From Chiloscyllium plagiosum (taxonomy: Eukaryota), in assembly GCF_004010195.1 (NCBI RefSeq), contig NC_057717.1, positions 32,763,469-32,815,628 on the forward strand: a stretch of 52,160 nucleotides of DNA. The letters are read 5' to 3'. A model generated the notes under the pieces. That model made no database searches, was not told the origin of the DNA, and was given only the letters and a program-made list of their open reading frames with translations. Below, one piece after another: positions 24,153-35,132 of the stretch (positions are counted from its first letter, which is position 1; every line of letters starts with the position of its first letter). The translations under genes were made by a program, and so were the position numbers.

Positions 24153-24460
24153 GAGTTACTGATTGTCACGATTACACAGTTACACTCCGACCACCGCCAT
24201 TAGAACACATCTTACTGGAGGCGACGGTGACATTAACCTGTGTTGTGTCCAATCTTTCTTCTGGTGCCAATGTCACCTTGTACAAGAAAAGAAGACTCTG
24301 AAATCAGAGATCTCTAATCGGCCTAGAGAAAATCCCGACAGCGTGACTAGCAAATTCAGCACTTCTACTGAAGCCTGGATGAGTCACGTTAGTTTTGAAG
24401 GTTTGGTGAACCATCTGTATCTACTGACTCCACTGAGAGACTCCATTCACAAGGAAAATG
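24153..24460 (+). pseudogene. IGHM: IgM Cmu3 exon (copy 2), frameshifted
   Basis: Reads [51 protein letters not shown]...TEAWMSHVSFEGLVNHLYLLTPLRDSIHKEN, then G|GTGAG donor. It has a 1-nt deletion and the second Cys changed to Gly. Confidence 0.92.
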
Positions 24461-24925
24461 GTGAGCGGTGAGATGAAAAAACAAGGCATCCTATGTGTCA
24501 TCTCGATCCAGTAAAATACATGACATGCTTGGATTGGCTCCTAATAACATTGGGAGCATTAAACATGTGTCTGATGTCAGGATAGCTAAATATCTGATTG
24601 AGAACAAGATGGACCAAAGCTTGTTCTTTTTTCATTATAAGTCAAATAAAGTGTGAAAAAGCCTGGTTTGTGTTTTTAACATCAGCAATGACAAATGTAC
24701 AGGAGGTCTTAGTTATAGGTTGGAAACAGGAAACATGGAGGCGATTTTCTAATTAAACCCTTTACTCTTAATGATTAGGATGGATATCATTCTGCTCGAT
24801 CAGAAAATGAGAGTGTATAAATCCCAAATTTAAAAACAAAACTGGCACATTTTAATATGTCTGAAATTGCAATATTAATTTTGGATTTTTATAGTGGATT
24901 TATATTTGTTTCAAATATTCTGCAG

Positions 24926-24962
24926 GAGAAACGCTACTGGAGCCATCAGTGTCGATCCTCCT
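24926..24962 (+). pseudogene. IGHM: Truncated IgM Cmu4 5' stub
   Basis: ttctgcag|gagaaacgctactggagccatcagtgtcgatcctcct is identical to the start of the full exon at 28054 and is then followed by unrelated sequence. Confidence 0.88.
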
Positions 24963-25369
24963 TTTATTGTCGAGATGAACAATTAAAGTGATGGATCAAT
25001 GGCTGTGGCTGTTCAGACAAGTTACATTTTGTTCCTCTCTGAGCTGAAATATATAATAATGTTACCTGAACACCAACGTGAACTATGGAAGGTCTGGTTG
25101 AACATTCCACTGATTGCATACTCCATCCCTGTTACCTGCTCCATTTAGGAGTTATTTGTAATTTATAATTTGAAAATATTTTTATATGTGGCTTCATAAT
25201 TATTGTACAATGAATGCATGTCTTCCAAGTAATTTGCTAAAATGAAAATATTGTTTTATTAAATTAAATCCTTATTTTTATTTTCTCATTCTTCAGCTAT
25301 GCCCAGTACACTCTCCTCAGGTCCCTTTATGGTTCAATATGAACATCTCGTATTCTCAGGCCTGAAGTG

Positions 25370-25725
25370 CCCTGATCTTGTAGAGGCCATGAGTGGCATG
25401 AATATGGTTATTTTCCAAGGTCGGAGAAGTCCAAACTAGCGGGGATAGATTTAAGGTGAAGGGGCAAATTTAAAAAGATACCTGAAGGGGTAACTTTTTT
25501 ACACAGAGGGTAGTGTGTGTACGAAATGAGATGGCAACGAAAGTGATGGAGGCTGGCACAATTACAGCATTTAAGAGGCAATGGATGAGTATGTGAATAA
25601 GAACCATTTAGAGGATCATGGCTCTAATGCTGGCAAAGATTACTACATCAGATTGAAATATCTGGTCCGTGCAGATAAGCTGGACTGAAGGGTCTGTTTC
25701 CGTGCTGTATGACACTATGATTCCA
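25370..25725 (+). mobile_element. Degenerate CR1 3'-end fragment
   Basis: gatttaaggtgaaggggc...tttttacacagagggtagtg...ggactgaagggtctgtttccgtgctgtatgac. Confidence 0.75.
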
Positions 25726-25877
25726 TCAGGCCCTCATTCTAGCAAAGAGTAAAGTGAAACATCAGTGAAAAGCTTCTAAAACCATTGCACATTTTTCTTT
25801 CAGTTTAGGAGTTCATTACTAGACACAATACATCAGATGTTGCTGTGGTTCTGTTCGCCGAGCTGTAAGTTTTTGTT

Positions 25878-25917
25878 GCAAACGTTTCGTCCCCTGTCTA
25901 GTTGACATCCTCAGTGC
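25878..25917 (-). ncRNA. Minimal hammerhead ribozyme motif
   Basis: GCA CUGAGGA U GUCAACU AGAC AGGGGAC GAAA CG UU UGC; stem II is weakened by mismatches. Confidence 0.6.
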
Positions 25918-26227
25918 TTGGGAGCCTCCTTTGAAGCGCTTCTGTGGTGTTTCCTCCGGCATTTATGGTGGCCTGTCCTTGCCGCTTCCGGTTGTCAGTT
26001 TCAGCTGTCTGCTGTAGTGGCCGGTATATTGGGTCCGGGTCGATGTGTTTGTTGATGGAGTTTGTTGAGTGGATCATCCACAAACTCCATCGGCAAACAC
26101 ATCGACCTGGACCCAATATACCGGCCACTACCGCGGACAGCTGAAACTGACAACCGGAAGTGGCAGGGACAGGCCACTATAAATGCTGGAGGAAACACCA
26201 CAGAAGCGCTTCACAGGAGGCTCCCAA

Positions 26228-26267
26228 GCACTGAGGATGTCACCTAGACAGGGGACGAAACGTTTGC
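26228..26267 (+). ncRNA. Minimal hammerhead ribozyme motif
   Basis: GCA CUGAGGA U GUCACCU AGAC AGGGGAC GAAA CG UU UGC, giving the core, a stem II hairpin, GCA/UGC stem I and an AACGUU palindrome. Confidence 0.72.
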
Positions 26268-27574
26268 AACAAAAACTTCCAGCTCGGCGAACAGAACCAC
26301 AGCAACGAGCACCCGAGCTACAAATCTTCTCACAAACTTTGAACACTAGTGTCTGTGTAACCAGGGATCTTGTACCAATGCAGTAGTTGACAGAATGCAT
26401 GTTAATTTCCCCAACAAAGAGACGAGAAAGGAAGGTTATTGTTGTTCATCCGAAGGAGGAGGAGAGGGGAACGATTAACGGTCTGGACTCTGACTCACTC
26501 TGCAGAGTTTTCAAGATAGAAGTCCACTGTAATGTACCACTGTCGCTGACAGGAACAGTCAGCTTCTTCTTTACTGTCCGAAGATTCCATCTTTCCATGC
26601 AAAATAATACCTCTGAGTATGCGAAACATGATTGACCCTGTTAATCGTTTGTTAACATTGACTCCCCTTAATCCTAAACTGGTATTTGCATCATCCCAGT
26701 TTGAAGTCCATAGTTTTGTCTCAGTTTTCTGGAGCACATGGGAGAAATTCTGGTGTTCGAACTTCTGACATAGTTTGCTTCACGTACAGAATATTTATAG
26801 ATGTTTTGTAATCAACATGTTCGGAAATGTAAGTCTGCATGTCTGGAATAGTGGAAATTTGAGCTCACGTGTCTTGTCTCAGAGACAGAAATTCAATCGC
26901 TGCAACAAAGGAGTAGCTCACATCGAGGGCTGAAGGGCCTGGTTTGCGCAGTTTTGTTCTATATTCTAAAACATTTTTCTCTCCACGACGGTCAGAAATG
27001 TTCCTGACAACATCAGGATCAGACATAATTGTTGACAATCCATTAAAACACAAAAATAATGCAAATTATAGTCTAGTATAAGAGCTGAAACAGTTACAGA
27101 GAGATGCTCACAAATACATACGCAAAAACACATACACAGCCTCTCACCTAAAGACACATGTTTATGCACATACATAAACTTGCACACAGATGAACTGTCA
27201 CACACGTTTGCATACACACAGCTACATATGCAAATGGTACTTAAAACACTCATCTCGCCCCCAGAAAAACGCATATTCACAGAAAAAATAGCACATGCAC
27301 AAATGAACAAGGATATCCGCACATAACTGAGAAAAGCGCAGACGCACATTAATACACAAATGGACATGACTGCATTTCTATTCATGCAGCATAATGCTGA
27401 TAGACATACATTCATACGCACACAGATACAACATCTGAAAATTTAATTCCCACGTGTAGGCACGCACAGGCACGTATGAGCACAGGTTAAATAAATATTA
27501 GTTCTTAATTTTCATAATCACAAACGTATGATTGCAGAGGCAGCTTATTTTATTTTGAAACCACTTGATCAGCA

Positions 27575-28090
27575 TCACAAGGAAAATGGTGAGCGGTGAG
27601 ATGAAAAAACAAGGCATCCTATGTGTCATCTCGATCCAGTAAAATACATGACATGCTTGGATTGGCTCCTAATAACATTGGGAGCATTAAACATGTGTCT
27701 GATGTCAGGATAGCTAAATATCTGATTGAGAACAAGATGGACCAAAGCTTGTTCTTTTTTCATTATAAGTCAAATAAAGTGTGAAGAAGCCTGGTTTGTG
27801 TTTTTAACATCAGCAATGACAAATGTCCAGGAGGTCTTAGTTATAGGTTGGAAACAGGAAACATGGAGGCGATTTTCTAATTAAACTCTTTACTCTTAAT
27901 GATTAGGATGGATATCATTCTGCTCGATCAGAAAATGAGAGTGTATAAATCCCAAATTTAAAAACAAAACTGGCACATTTTAATATGTCTGAAATTGCAA
28001 TATTGATTTTGGATTTTTATAGTGGATTTATATTTGTTTCAAATATTCTGCAGGAGAAACGCTACTGGAGCCATCAGTGTCGATCCTCCT
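27575..28090 (+). repeat. Near-identical duplicate of 24447-24962 (Cmu3 3' tip, intron and Cmu4 start)
   Basis: tcacaaggaaaatggtgagcgg...gtcgatcctcct is repeated with only a handful of substitutions. Confidence 0.92.
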
Positions 28091-28445
28091 GCCACCAACA
28101 GAAGACATTTCCGCTAAGAGGTTTCTCTCCCTCACCTGTTTAGTGAGAGGCTTCTCTTCCCGAGAGATCTTAGTCAAGTGGACAAACAATGACAAGCCAG
28201 TTAATCCCAGTAACTACAAGAACACCGAGGTGATGGCGGAAAGCGAGAGCACCTCCTTCTTCATGGACACCCTGTTGTGCATTACAACAGAGGAGTGGGC
28301 CAGTGGTGCTTCTTATTCCTGTGTGGTGGGACATGAAGCGATTCCACTGAAGATCATCAACAGAACAGTCGATAAATCCAGCGGTAAATCAAGTTTTGTG
28401 AACATTTAACTTGCACTGATGGGCATTATTAATTCATGTCAATAA
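28054..28445 (+). pseudogene. IGHM: IgM Cmu4 plus secretory tailpiece (copy 2), premature stop in the tailpiece
   Basis: Reads [49 protein letters not shown]...[50 protein letters not shown]. The internal membrane donor G|GTAAA is at 28383/4 and AATAAA at 28481. Confidence 0.95.
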
Positions 28446-28931
28446 AATTTCGAAGATGTTTTTAATAATTCAACAAAAGTAATAAAGCTTTTTCTTCCAA
28501 TTGTGATTTAAATATACAACCGTTTAATTAATTGTGCTTCTCACTTTTAATTATATTCCAGTTGTAAAGTTAAGGTGGATTAGTAACAGGTGTTGGACTC
28601 ATGCCTTGTGCAGTAAATGTTCCCTGCTCGGACAAAGTTAAGATCAGAGATAGAGTAAAGCTCACGCATTGCCGGATTCTGCAAAGTAACTCTTCCATTT
28701 TAAATTCCAATAAAACGAAATCTGAAAATCCCCAATTTCTGTCAAGTGAACAACACGAATTTTGAAATTGGTTTTCCTGATTCCTCGATTGCACATTCTT
28801 ACGAAATTCATGTCGGCTTTCAACTGCCACAATGCAACAATTGGGAACGCAATCTGAAGAGACATTTGAAATTAGTTTTGATTGGAAAATACCAATCACA
28901 AAGAGTGCAGATTAAGTTGAATATAACACTA

Positions 28932-29603
28932 CTGTTGCAAACGTTTCATCCCCTGTCTAGGGGACATCCTCAGTGCTTGGGAGCCTCCTGTGAAGCGCGC
29001 CTGTGGTGTTTCTTCCGGCATTTATAGTGGCCTGACCTTATCGCTTCCGGTTGTCAGTTTCAGCTAAAACTAAGGACCTGATACCCAGCATGAGCAAAAC
29101 TAACGTAGTGTACAAACTCCCATGCAAGGACTACACAAAACACTATATAGGACAAACAGGAATAAAGCTATCGATCCGCATCCACGAACATCAACTAGCC
29201 ACGAAACGACACGACCAGCTATCCCTAGTAGCCACACACGCAGACGACAAGCAACATGAATTTCACTGGGACAACACGACCATTATAGGGCAAGCGAAAC
29301 AAAGAACAGCCATGGAATTCCTAGAAGCTTGGCACTCATCCACAAACTCCGTCAACAAACACATCGACCTGGACCCAATATACCTGTCACTACAGCGGAC
29401 AGCTGAAACTGACAACCAGAAGCAGCAGGGACAGACCACAATAAATGCCAGAGGAAACACCACAGACGTGCTTCACAGGAGGCTCCCAAGCACGGAGAAT
29501 GTCACCTGGACAGGGGACGAAACGTTTGCAACAAAAACTTCCAGCTCGGCGAACAGAACCACAGCAACGAGCACCCGAGCTACAAATCTTCTCACAAACT
29601 TTG
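28932..29603 (+). mobile_element. Penelope-like retroelement: inverted 5' segment, GIY-YIG endonuclease and terminus, with a 7-bp TSD
   Basis: Reads NVVYKLPCKDYTKHYIGQTG..LSIRIHEH...FLEAWH. AACACTA flanks it at 28925-28931 and 29604-29610. Confidence 0.92.
28937..28976 (-). ncRNA. Minimal hammerhead ribozyme motif (duplicate at 44576-44615)
   Basis: GCA CUGAGGA U GUCCCCU AGAC AGGGGAU GAAA CG UU UGC, with a fully paired 7-bp stem II. Confidence 0.72.
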
Positions 29604-32600
29604 AACACTAGTGTCTGTGTAACCAGGGATCTTGTACCAATGCAGTAGTTGACAGAATGCATGTTAATTTCCCCAAGAAAGAGACCAGAAAGGAAGGTTA
29701 TTGTTGTTCATCCGAAGGAGGAGGAGAGGGGAACTATTAACGGTCTGGACTCTGACTCACTCTGCAGAGTTTTCAAGATAGAAGTCCACTGTAATGNNNN
29801 NNNNNNNNNNNNNNNNNNNNNNNNNNNNNNNNNNNNNNNNNNNNNNNNNNNNNNNNNNNNNNNNNNNNNNNNNNNNNNNNNNNNNNNNNNNNNNNNNNNN
29901 NNNNNNNNNNNNNNNNNNNNNNNNNNNNNNNNNNNNNNNNNNNNNNNNNNNNNNNNNNNNNNNNNNNNNNNNNNNNNNNNNNNNNNNNNNNNNNNNNNNN
30001 NNNNNNNNNNNNNNNNNNNNNNNNNNNNNNNNNNNNNNNNNNNNNNNNNNNNNNNNNNNNNNNNNNNNNNNNNNNNNNNNNNNNNNNNNNNNNNNNNNNN
30101 NNNNNNNNNNNNNNNNNNNNNNNNNNNNNNNNNNNNNNNNNNNNNNNNNNNNNNNNNNNNNNNNNNNNNNNNNNNNNNNNNNNNNNNNNNNNNNNNNNNN
30201 NNNNNNNNNNNNNNNNNNNNNNNNNNNNNNNNNNNNNNNNNNNNNNNNNNNNNNNNNNNNNNNNNNNNNNNNNNNNNNNNNNNNNNNNNNNNNNNNTTTT
30301 GATGGGAGCAGAGTCATTAGGGGCATTTAAGCGACTGCATTGCATGCTCATTTACTGCAGTGAATTGAGGGGTACGCAGGTTAGGTTATTTTATTTTAGG
30401 TTTGGAATAATCCTCAACATAACATCGTGGGCAGAAGGGCCTGTTGTGTGCCATACATTGCTATGTTTAATTGTTAGTCGCATGGAATATGACAGCTTGA
30501 ATTGAAAGAATGGATTTACAAAATGTAATTTTGTTTAGTGAACTATTGAAGATTTTGCAATTGGAAAACGAAGGACTAAATGAGTGCAACAGTGTTCATT
30601 TGTTGTACCAAATTAATGGCTTTGCATAACTTTTTCACACATTCTCTAACAAATGTGCTGTGTATTTGACGCTACTGGAATAAAAAAAACTCTGGGAGAA
30701 GTCTTTTGCATGCTCTCAGTAGTACTGTTTCTTACTCAGTCGAAGCATTGATTTGATGGGATTCTACATTGCACCCCTGAGCGGCTTTCTAAACTTGGAC
30801 TGAACTGATCCATATATTAAGTTGTTTATGCAGCAACTTAAATTGCACAGCATGAATCCAACCGTTTGTAATATGAATTCGAAAGTTTTGTAATCTCTTG
30901 TATTTGCTCCTCTAATGTTATAGAATAAGTAATATATATATCACGCACCTTTGACAAAAGAATGAAGCTGCCAGCTCTGCTGGAGAGTAAAATCTTAGAC
31001 GTCCTCCTGCTCTCCATTTCTGCGTCATTGTAATTATCTTTAGTGCTCTGACATCTCAGTCTCTTCCAGATGTGACTACTCACAAACATGTGTCGAAAGG
31101 TCAGAGGTTTCAGTAAAACAAAATTAAAACGAATGGGAGGAAATAATAAGATAACACCAAGCCAGGATCAGTATAACAGAACCATGACACATATTATATG
31201 ACCTCACCAGCTTCCAGTATAAAGCAATGAGGCATGTTTTTTTCAACCAGTCGTTGCTTAAACCACGGCTGCTGTTCTCTCAGAGAAATATGTTCCACTC
31301 AGATACTGACAACTAATGGCTCCAAACCAATCAATTGATTAATTAACGGTGTATCAGATTGAACATCCTGTTGTTGCACAATGCAGGGCATGGGTAACTC
31401 TTCACACAGCTGGAATGAGAAAGAAATATGGTGGGATATAATAAGTGATCCGCCACAGTATGTCTTCTGTGATAACAAGTAGTAGAAGTGCAATTGCCAT
31501 AGCCAGTAACTAACGAGTGATACAAATCAAAAAGCCACATTTTCCATGTGACAGGATCAATATAGCCACTAAATCTGCGGTAATCGAAACAGAACAACAA
31601 AAGAAGGGTATGTTAAATCATTCCACCTGACAATAGTTCAACATTCTTATTTGTCTATGGTAGATCAGTATGTACACATTGAAAAATCTCCTAAGACAAT
31701 CTCAGGAATTACAAATTAATGAAATAAAATAAAACATATTTCAAATGGTGATTTTGTTGTATGAAAGCCCAAAATGTGGAAAGTTGACTGATCTGTCAAA
31801 GCTGTCCGAGTCTGCCAGCAATGATTAAAAGTTATTAACCTGAGGATATAATGGTCAAACTAGACAGAGACAGTGCACTGACATGAATGGGATTGTGAAT
31901 GGGCAATCACATAACAACACCGAGTTCATGAAGAATTAAGTCACTCATATTCTGGAACATTCGAGATAGAACAAGGTATTAATTGAGTTTTAGGAGAATG
32001 TAGAACGGAAATATCTAATTTTGCTATGTGATTGATCATTATAACGAGACGATATACGTTATAAAATAATTGTAGTTTATTCTGAATTGCTTTACCCTGA
32101 TGGGTTGTATCGAAACAATGCGAAAGAGGAGATCAGTTGTTGAATGGACTGAGAGTTGAGAAAAAGCATACCATAGGGAAATGTGTATGAAGTGCATGCG
32201 AATGTTGGGGAATTCTGTTCTGCAAGGAATGGTGACGAGTACCTTGTCATTTGCAATTTTCATAAACAGTGAATTTGAAAAGCAGAAGCACATTTCACAA
32301 CATAGACATATAACCTGAAGGAGAAAGTGAGGACTGCAGATGCTGGAGATCAGAGCTAAAAATGTGTTGCTGGAAAAGCGCAGCAGGTCAGGCAGCATCC
32401 AAGGGAGCAGGAGAATCAACGTTTCGGAAATGAGCCCTTCTTCAGGAAAAATGACTCATTGCATTATGGGAAGACAAATCTGGTCACAACTGAAAGTGAA
32501 TGATAGTGCAATGATTCATGTTACCGAACATAGTCGCCTGGTGATTCAGATAAAAAGATTCTTAGACTGTCAATGATAGGGCAATAGGTGGCTTTGTCGA

Positions 32601-33173
32601 ACACGGGGACCTGATGGGTGAGATATATAGATTCTTGAAAGAAGAAGGTGTTTGTAAAATTTGTCTTAATTGCACAGAGCATTGAGTATAAGGGCTGAGA
32701 CTTTGTGTTGCAGCAGTAGCTGACATTGGAATGAACTGCCAGAGGAAGTGGTAAATGCAGATAGTTACAACATTTCTAAGACATTTGGACAGGTACAGGA
32801 ACTGAATATATCTCGATAGATATGGGCCAAACGCAGGCTAATGGAATTCGTTTAATTTGGGGACCCTGGTTGGTATGGATAAGCGGTGCTGAAGGATCTG
32901 TTTGTGATGTACGACTTTCTGACTTTATGGTGCAGTAGGCTCAAAGTAGGAAACTGGTGAGCTAGTGGGGGATAGATTGTTAATGTGATAGAGTTTGAGC
33001 TGGTAGGCGGTGAGATGTTGGGTGGCTGCTGGGTAAGCATGCATACACCCAGTCTGGCAGTGTAGCATCAAGGGAAATTATTATGGTCACAAGGAAATAA
33101 TTTGATCGCGTTGTGCTTCGTAGGAGAGAGGTACTATGAGCAGAAATGCAGGAAGTATATCTGGTGCCAAGAT

Positions 33174-33826
33174 GGTTAGTTGAGTGGTCAGCAGGCTGCA
33201 GGGCTGGATGGTTGAGAGTTGGGTAGTGTGCCAGGCTGGTAAGTTGAAAGGTGAGAGCAGTCCGGAGCTGATTGGGGTGAGGTGGACTGTCCTGTTCCCT
33301 GGATGCTGCCTGACCTGCTGTGCTGTTCCAGCAATAAAGTTTCAACAATTGTTGAGTTGTCAACAGGGTAACAGGCTGGTCAGTTGAGAGAAGGGCAGGG
33401 TGTCAGGCTGGTTAGTTGAGAGTTCAATAGGGTATCAGTCTGGTTAGTTCAGTGGTGCTCAGAGTGTCGGAGCGGTTAGTTGAGAATTTGGCAGAGTACC
33501 TGGGTGTTTAGTTCAGAAGTGGGTAGTGTGCCGGGCTCTTTAGTTGAGATGTTAGCAGGATGTCAGATTGGTTATTTGAGAAGTGGTTGGGTGTTCAGCT
33601 GGGGAGTTGCGTGGGAAAAAGGATGCTGGGCTGGTTAGATGAGCGGTTTGCAGGGTGTCTGACTGATTAGTTGAGAGGTGAGCAGGGTGCCAGCCTGGTT
33701 ATTTGAGAGGTGGGCAGGTTGTTGGGTTGGTTAGTTGAGAGGTGGACAGTGTGTCACACTGGTTAGTTGAGAGGTGGGTGGCCAGTCGGGTTGGTGCGTT
33801 GAGTGGCTCAGAAGGGTATTGGGCTG
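33174..33826 (+). repeat. G-rich 32-bp minisatellite (switch-region-like), upstream of Cmu1 copy 3
   Basis: Same unit as 12309-12946, with one unit fewer near 33580 and a ~60-bp Penelope-type fragment at ~33287-33348. Confidence 0.92.
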
Positions 33827-34824
33827 TGGATATAATGACAAAACGTTAAGCTCGGAGTCTGACGAAGTCACAGGCGGTAAAGGGAAGTTGGGAACAGAGC
33901 TATAGTGCAATATGCACAGNNNNNNNNNNNNNNNNNNNNNNNNNNNNNNNNNNNNNNNNNNNNNNNNNNNNNNNNNNNNNNNNNNNNNNNNNNNNNNNNN
34001 NNNNNNNNNNNNNNNNNNNNNNNNNNNNNNNNNNNNNNNNNNNNNNNNNNNNNNNNNNNNNNNNNNNNNNNNNNNNNNNNNNNNNNNNNNNNNNNNNNNN
34101 NNNNNNNNNNNNNNNNNNNNNNNNNNNNNNNNNNNNNNNNNNNNNNNNNNNNNNNNNNNNNNNNNNNNNNNNNNNNNNNNNNNNNNNNNNNNNNNNNNNN
34201 NNNNNNNNNNNNNNNNNNNNNNNNNNNNNNNNNNNNNNNNNNNNNNNNNNNNNNNNNNNNNNNNNNNNNNNNNNNNNNNNNNNNNNNNNNNNNNNNNNNN
34301 NNNNNNNNNNNNNNNNNNNNNNNNNNNNNNNNNNNNNNNNNNNNNNNNNNNNNNNNNNNNNNNNNNNNNNNNNNNNNNNNNNNNNNNNNNNNNNNNNNNN
34401 NNNNNNNNNNNNNNNNNNNNNNNNNNNNNNNNNNNNNNNNNNNNNNNNNNNNNNNNNNNNNNNNNNNNNNNNNNNNNNNNNNNNNNNNNNNNNNNNNNNN
34501 NNNNNNNNNNNNNNNNNNNNNNNNNNNNNNNNNNNNNNNNNNNNNNNNNNNNNNNNNNNNNNNNNNNGCAGTTACTCTTCGTCAGATCAGGGTGTTCCTA
34601 CTTCTAAATTATATAGTAATGGTCAAGGTAGAGGGCATGTTTCTTAAGAGGGAACCAATAGATCATGATCAACGACTGATTGGAAACAAAAATAAATTCC
34701 AGGTATACTAAAGATGTTAGCAGGAACACACTGGTATACGTTCACAAATGCGGGAACATTTGGGTAACCAATAAGGTTGAATTTACAGAAACTAACTTGC
34801 TCAGCTGGTCATTCTATCCTTGAG

Positions 34825-35132
34825 ACTGCATCTCTCCCCAAACTTTATGGACTTGTCTTCTCCTGTCAGCAACACAACACTGACGGTTCTGTGATCTTTG
34901 GTTGTTTGGCCATGGACTATAACACTGACGTTACCAAGGTGACCTGGAAGAAAGGTGGGGTGCCAATCACGACTGCAGTGAAGACTTATCCATCCGTGAG
35001 GAACAACAAGGGAACTCACATCCTGAGCAGCCAGTTGACTCTGCCTGAGTCAGAGGCAGATTGCAGCAAACTCTCCTGTGAGGTTCAACACAGCGGATCA
35101 AAGCAATAAAACTGGAATGCTATGTAAATCTT
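34825..35132 (+). pseudogene. IGHM: IgM Cmu1 exon (copy 3), premature stop
   Basis: Reads [16 protein letters not shown]...GCLAMDY...W...[14 protein letters not shown] at 35107-35109 plus one extra base relative to copy 2. Confidence 0.92.

Larger units (their letters stand above)
25836..26341. mobile_element. Penelope-like element termini in inverted (fold-back) arrangement
   Basis: ~25838-26062 is the reverse complement of ~26078-26305. Each arm carries a hammerhead core. Confidence 0.88.
9417..29796 (+). repeat. Segmental tandem duplication unit 2 (IgM constant-region block)
   Basis: Collinear high similarity with 30297-46682 and 1-3296, including introns and shared TE insertions. Confidence 0.93.

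Noticed and set aside
25275-25370. Strong polypyrimidine plus CAG acceptor-like site in the foreign insert
   Set aside because: The downstream frame has no recognisable domain and runs into a CR1 fragment.
27059-27236. ATGCAAAT octamer matches as Ig enhancer or promoter elements
   Set aside because: They sit in CA-rich low-complexity sequence with no supporting motif cluster, so a chance occurrence is likely.
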